The notes under the pieces were generated by a model that saw only the letters and a program-made list of their open reading frames with translations, was not told the DNA's origin and did not search any database. This document shows, piece by piece, positions 15,846 to 19,723 of a DNA stretch of 19,723 bases. How positions within the stretch are numbered: the stretch's first letter is position 1; each line of letters starts with the position of its first letter. The position numbers were made by a program, and so were the translations under genes. Source of the stretch: a bacterium (GTDB lineage Bacteria; Sysuimicrobiota; Sysuimicrobiia; Sysuimicrobiales; Humicultoraceae). The stretch lies in assembly GCA_041497675.1 (NCBI GenBank), contig JBGQGY010000066.1, positions 1 through 19,723 on the forward strand, in the 5' to 3' direction.

Positions 15846-17285
15846 ATGCATTTCCGCATGAGCATCGACGGTGAAGACGTGCCCGCCGCGAGTGGGCAGA
15901 CCTTTGACGTCACGAACCCCGCGACCGGCGAGGTCGTCGCCGACGTGGCCAAGGGCGGCCTGGAGGACGTCGACCGAGCGGCCCGCGCGGCGCAGACCGC
16001 GTTCAAGGACGGCCGCTGGGCGGGTATGAGCGCCACCGATCGGGGCCGGGTGCTGCTGCGGCTGGCGAACCTGATCCGCGAGCATGTCGAAGAACTCGCA
16101 ACACTGGAGACGGTGCAGGGCGGCAAGACGATCGCGGATTCGCGCGGCGAGGTCGAGGGCGCGGCCGGCTGCTTTGAGTACTACGGAGGCGCCGCGAACA
16201 AAGTCTTTGGCGAGACAATCCCGGTCGCGGATCGCGGTCTCGACTTCACGCTGCGCGAGCCCATCGGTGTGGTCGGTCTGATCGTCCCGTGGAACTTCCC
16301 GTTCATGATTGCGTCCTGGAAGGTCGCCCCGGCCCTGGCGACGGGCAACTCGGTCATCCTCAAACCGGCATCGTATACACCGCTGACCGCGGTGCGGCTC
16401 GCCGCGCTGGCGCTCCAGGCGGGCGTCCCGCCGGGCGTCATGAACGTCATCACCGGTCCCGGCGCCACGGTCGGTGCCGCCTTGGTCACCCACCCCGCCG
16501 TCGGCAAGATCGCGCTGACCGGCGAGACGACCACCGGCATCCAAATCATGAAACTGGCCGCCGACAACATGACGCGCCTCTCGCTCGAACTGGGCGGCAA
16601 ATCGCCGAACATCATCTTTGCCGACGCCGATCTGGAGCGGGCCGCGCAGGCCGGGACCGCGGCGGTCTACGGTAACGCGGGCCAGGACTGCTGCGCGCGA
16701 AGCCGGGTTTTCATCCAGCGTCCCGTCTACGAGCGTGTGGCCGCGTTGTTCGCCGACGCCGCCCGGCGGACGCGCGTGGGCGATCCGCTCGATCCGTCGA
16801 CGGAGATGGGGCCGGTGATCTCGACCGGGCAACGCGACCACGTCTTGCGCTACATCGGCATCGGCCGAGACGAAGGGGCACGTGTGGCGTTTGGCGGCGC
16901 GCCACCGGCCGATCCCGCGCTGGCGCGGGGGGCCTATCTACTGCCCACGGTCCTGACGGACGCCGGCAACCAGATGCGCGTGGCACAGGAGGAGATCTTC
17001 GGACCGGTTGCGTGTTTGATCCCGTTCGACGACGAAGCCGACGTGATCGAGATGGCGAACGACTCACCCTATGGACTCTCGAGCTCGGTCTGGACCCGAG
17101 ACATCGGCCGGGCGCTGCGCATGGCCAGGGCCATCCGCACGGGCGTGTTGAGCATCAACACGAATCACAGCGTGCATCAGGAAGCGCCGTTTGGCGGGGC
17201 CAAGATGAGCGGGTTTGGTCGCGAGCTCGGTATGAACGCGCTCGACCTGTATACGGAGGTCAAGAACGTCTTCATCGCCACGTAG
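15846..17285 (+). CDS. NAD(P)-dependent aldehyde dehydrogenase (amino-aldehyde/betaine-aldehyde-like)
   Basis: ATG 15846 with [33 protein letters not shown] catalytic Cys, EEIFGP, PFGG.K.SGFGRE. Confidence 0.96.
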   Translation: MHFRMSIDGEDVPAASGQTFDVTNPATGEVVADVAKGGLEDVDRAARAAQTAFKDGRWAGMSATDRGRVLLRLANLIREHVEELATLETVQGGKTIADSRGEVEGAAGCFEYYGGAANKVFGETIPVADRGLDFTLREPIGVVGLIVPWNFPFMIASWKVAPALATGNSVILKPASYTPLTAVRLAALALQAGVPPGVMNVITGPGATVGAALVTHPAVGKIALTGETTTGIQIMKLAADNMTRLSLELGGKSPNIIFADADLERAAQAGTAAVYGNAGQDCCARSRVFIQRPVYERVAALFADAARRTRVGDPLDPSTEMGPVISTGQRDHVLRYIGIGRDEGARVAFGGAPPADPALARGAYLLPTVLTDAGNQMRVAQEEIFGPVACLIPFDDEADVIEMANDSPYGLSSSVWTRDIGRALRMARAIRTGVLSINTNHSVHQEAPFGGAKMSGFGRELGMNALDLYTEVKNVFIAT

Positions 17286-17286
17286 T

Positions 17287-18186
17287 ATGCCTCGCCGCGC
17301 CTTCGGCCTCGGCGACGCCATGGTGCTGGCGACGGTGCTATTGTGGGGCGCCTCGTTCACGGTGATCAAGTCCGCGTACGACGAGTTCACCCCGCTTGCC
17401 TTCGCCGGCATCCGCTTCGTCATCGCGTCACTCGGTCTGCTCGCCATCCTCGCGGTCTTGCGACACCCGCTGTCGGTCCAGCGCCGCGATCTGGTGCGCG
17501 TCGCCGCTGTTGGGCTTTTTCACGTGGCCTTCTATCAGATCTTCTTCGGGGTGGGGCTGAAGTACACGACGGCGAGCAACTCGGTGCTGATCATCAACAC
17601 GGCGCCGGTCATCACGGCGTTGTTGGTCTGGCTGACCCGAGCCGAACCGATCACGTGGCGGCAGGCGGTGGGGATCGCGCTCGCCTCCGCCGGCGTGATC
17701 CTGCTCGTCGAAGCCGGCGGGAGTCTCTCCGCAGGCCACCTCAAAGGCGATCTGATCACCATGCTGGCAGCCCTCTCGTACGCGGTGACCCCGGTGATCG
17801 TGCTGCCGCTCTACCAACGGTACAGTTCGCTCACGATCATGACGTTTGGGATGGTCGCCGGGACCGTGGTCCTGCTGATCGTGGGCCTGCCGGAACTCGC
17901 TCGGCAGTCCTGGACGGTCTCGTCGATCGCGTGGGCGCAGCTCGCCTACGCGGCGTTGGGCGCGGGCACGTTGGGGTATCTCTTCTGGTACGAGGGCATC
18001 CGCCGTATCGGTCCCACGCGGGCGGCCGCCTATTTCTATCTGATTCCACCGGTCGGGGTGATTATCGCGGTCAAAGTGCTCCACGAGCCCTTCGGGATGC
18101 TGCATCTCGCCGGGGCGTTCGTGATCATCGCCGGCGTCGCGCTGACCCGCTGGCCCGCGCAGCGTCCGGCGCAGGATCGGTCCTAG
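17287..18186 (+). CDS. DMT/EamA family transporter
   Basis: About 10 hydrophobic segments, LWGASF..IK, RF, two EamA repeats; starts 1 nt after the ALDH stop. Confidence 0.92.
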   Translation: MPRRAFGLGDAMVLATVLLWGASFTVIKSAYDEFTPLAFAGIRFVIASLGLLAILAVLRHPLSVQRRDLVRVAAVGLFHVAFYQIFFGVGLKYTTASNSVLIINTAPVITALLVWLTRAEPITWRQAVGIALASAGVILLVEAGGSLSAGHLKGDLITMLAALSYAVTPVIVLPLYQRYSSLTIMTFGMVAGTVVLLIVGLPELARQSWTVSSIAWAQLAYAALGAGTLGYLFWYEGIRRIGPTRAAAYFYLIPPVGVIIAVKVLHEPFGMLHLAGAFVIIAGVALTRWPAQRPAQDRS

Positions 18187-18881
18187 TCGGTCTCCTGACG
18201 CACAAACCAGGGCACCGCCGCCAGGCTCACCAGGCGCTCTGACCCGTCGAAGAGATCCGACAACTCCGGGATCGTCACGCGGAGCTCGTACTCGTCGACG
18301 CGATCGACGCCCGCCGGTACACTTCGTACGACGTCGATCAACGCCTCGGACTGGTACTGTCTGTGGATCGACGGGTCGGTCGCCGACCGCATCACCGTCG
18401 GCCAGGAGCGCCGGATGGGGACGCCGCGCTCGTATCGCAGATGCAGATCGAGATGGCCTCCGCCATCGGGTCTGATGACAAACCGCTCGGTGCACACGGT
18501 GCGCAGCCCGGTCCCCGCCGCGCGGCTGTCCCTCCACGCCGTGGCGGCGACCGTGTTGCGAAACCGGCCCGGCACCGACGCCGGGTGCGCCGCATACATA
18601 CGGAGCATGAACACCGCCATCTCCCCGGTGTCCGCGCGGGCCGCCGGGACCAGCAGCGCCGCGTGACGGTTGACCGCGTCGGGAGCCGGGGATCCGTCGG
18701 GCTGCTGCCGGAACAACACCTCGCTGAGGATGACCAGAAGGTTCGTGCCACGGTGCAGGTCGTCAGACGCGGGCGCGACCTGCCAGGGCGCGGGCAGACG
18801 GCGCTGCAGGGCCGCCTGATTCACGTCGAGACGGATATGGATCTTGGTGTCGATCGTCGAGTTACGGAGCGCCGCCACCAA
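18183..18881 (-). CDS. Hypothetical protein (possible acetoacetate-decarboxylase-like beta fold)
   Basis: Fills the gap between EamA and Rid, overlapping the Rid stop; protein-like composition; start TTG 18881 or GTG 18878. Confidence 0.7.
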   Translation of the reverse strand: MVAALRNSTIDTKIHIRLDVNQAALQRRLPAPWQVAPASDDLHRGTNLLVILSEVLFRQQPDGSPAPDAVNRHAALLVPAARADTGEMAVFMLRMYAAHPASVPGRFRNTVAATAWRDSRAAGTGLRTVCTERFVIRPDGGGHLDLHLRYERGVPIRRSWPTVMRSATDPSIHRQYQSEALIDVVRSVPAGVDRVDEYELRVTIPELSDLFDGSERLVSLAAVPWFVRQETD

Positions 18882-19266
18882 TGATCGCCTCTGCCTCGAT
18901 CTCGACGAGCATCTCCGGAGAAATCAGACGGCGGATTTCGATCATGCTGGTGGCCGGGCGGATGCTGCCGAAGGCTTCGCCGTGTGCGCGACCGACCTGC
19001 TCCCAGTCGCTCATGTTGATGACATAGATCCGAGTGCGCACGACGTCCCGCAGCGACGCGCCGGCCGCCCGGAGCGCCCGCTCGATGTTCTTGATCGTCT
19101 GGACGGTTTGCGCGTACGCGTCGCCGGCTCCCACGACCACACCACCCTCACCGGTGGCCGTGGTCCCGGAGACGTGCACCGTTGACCCCACCCGCACGGC
19201 GCGCGAGTACCCGACGATCGGTTCCCACGGTGTCCCGCTGGAAATGTTCTGTCTGCCTGCCATCAT
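18862..19266 (-). CDS. Rid (YjgF/YER057c/UK114) family protein, non-RidA subfamily
   Basis: [43 protein letters not shown]; start coupled to the LysE stop (19269/19266/19263). Confidence 0.93.
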   Translation of the reverse strand: MMAGRQNISSGTPWEPIVGYSRAVRVGSTVHVSGTTATGEGGVVVGAGDAYAQTVQTIKNIERALRAAGASLRDVVRTRIYVINMSDWEQVGRAHGEAFGSIRPATSMIEIRRLISPEMLVEIEAEAIIGGGAP

Positions 19267-19723
19267 CACGCCCCCACCAGCGCCAGCACGCCAAACCCCG
19301 TCATGATGATCCCCGACACCCGATTCACCGACCGCAACCGCTGCAGGTTGAACCGCTGGCGCATCGTGCCCACGACACCGCTCAACGTCAGCCACCAGAG
19401 CGCCGAGCCGCCGAAGACGCCGACCACCAGCAGCGTCGCCGACGCGTAGTTTGTGGCGGGCCCAGCCAGACCCAGCCCGGCAAATACTGCTCCGAAAAAC
19501 AAAATGGTCATCGGATTTGTGAGCGTCAACAGGAATGTCGACGCGTACGCGCCCGCCATCCCCCTCCCTTTCACCGGCGCCGCCAGATCCGCCGGCTGCG
19601 CCACAAACGTCGCGACGCCAAGGTAACAGAGAAACAATCCTCCGATCACACCCAGCCACAGTTGCAGGCCGATGAGCGCCGCCGACACGACGGTCAGACT
19701 AAACCCGGCCACCGTGCCGTACA
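19266..19723 (-). CDS. LysE/RhtB family amino-acid exporter; 5' end lies outside the window
   Basis: Frame open to the window edge (YGTVAGF...); [41 protein letters not shown] motifs. Confidence 0.9.
   Translation of the reverse strand, partial: YGTVAGFSLTVVSAALIGLQLWLGVIGGLFLCYLGVATFVAQPADLAAPVKGRGMAGAYASTFLLTLTNPMTILFFGAVFAGLGLAGPATNYASATLLVVGVFGGSALWWLTLSGVVGTMRQRFNLQRLRSVNRVSGIIMTGFGVLALVGA

Noticed and set aside
15782..16126. Long N-terminal extension of the amidotransferase ORF (to 16126)
   Set aside because: Overlaps the ALDH gene antisense; the GATase domain begins at ATG 15781.
19270..19659. 265-aa version of the Rid ORF
   Set aside because: The upstream part is an alternative frame of the LysE gene; the Rid domain starts at the LysE stop.
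1..19723. Mobile elements, CRISPR arrays, tRNA/rRNA genes and tandem repeats
   Set aside because: None seen: the window is almost fully tiled by metabolic genes with intergenic gaps of about 115 bp or less. The remaining ORF-track entries are shadow frames typical of high-GC DNA.

Overview
High-GC bacterial chromosomal window, densely coding, with no RNA genes, mobile elements or CRISPR arrays visible. Left part: a GntR (HutC/UTRA) regulator co-oriented with a dimethylglycine/sarcosine dehydrogenase-family gene (truncated by the window edge and missing from the ORF track). These are divergent from a tightly coupled five-gene cobalamin methyl-transfer operon: stand-alone MetH-type activation domain, ATP-dependent corrinoid reductive activator (RACo/ASKHA), stand-alone homocysteine S-methyltransferase, a pyrrolysine-free MtmB-fold methyltransferase and a corrinoid protein. 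The shared control region holds an 18-bp dre-like palindrome over two overlapping sigma70-like promoters. The best candidate for an undescribed system is this operon, which looks like a split, folate-independent methionine synthase fed by a non-Pyl MtmB homologue with a remodelled active site. Downstream are SnoaL-like, 'virulence factor'-domain and SAM-methyltransferase genes. Then comes an ABC importer operon with a choline/ethanolamine kinase-like gene and a NUDIX hydrolase, followed by a second kinase paralogue, a class I glutamine amidotransferase, an aldehyde dehydrogenase, an EamA transporter, a hypothetical protein, a Rid-family protein and a partial LysE gene. Family assignments come from motif recognition by eye; no database searches were run.
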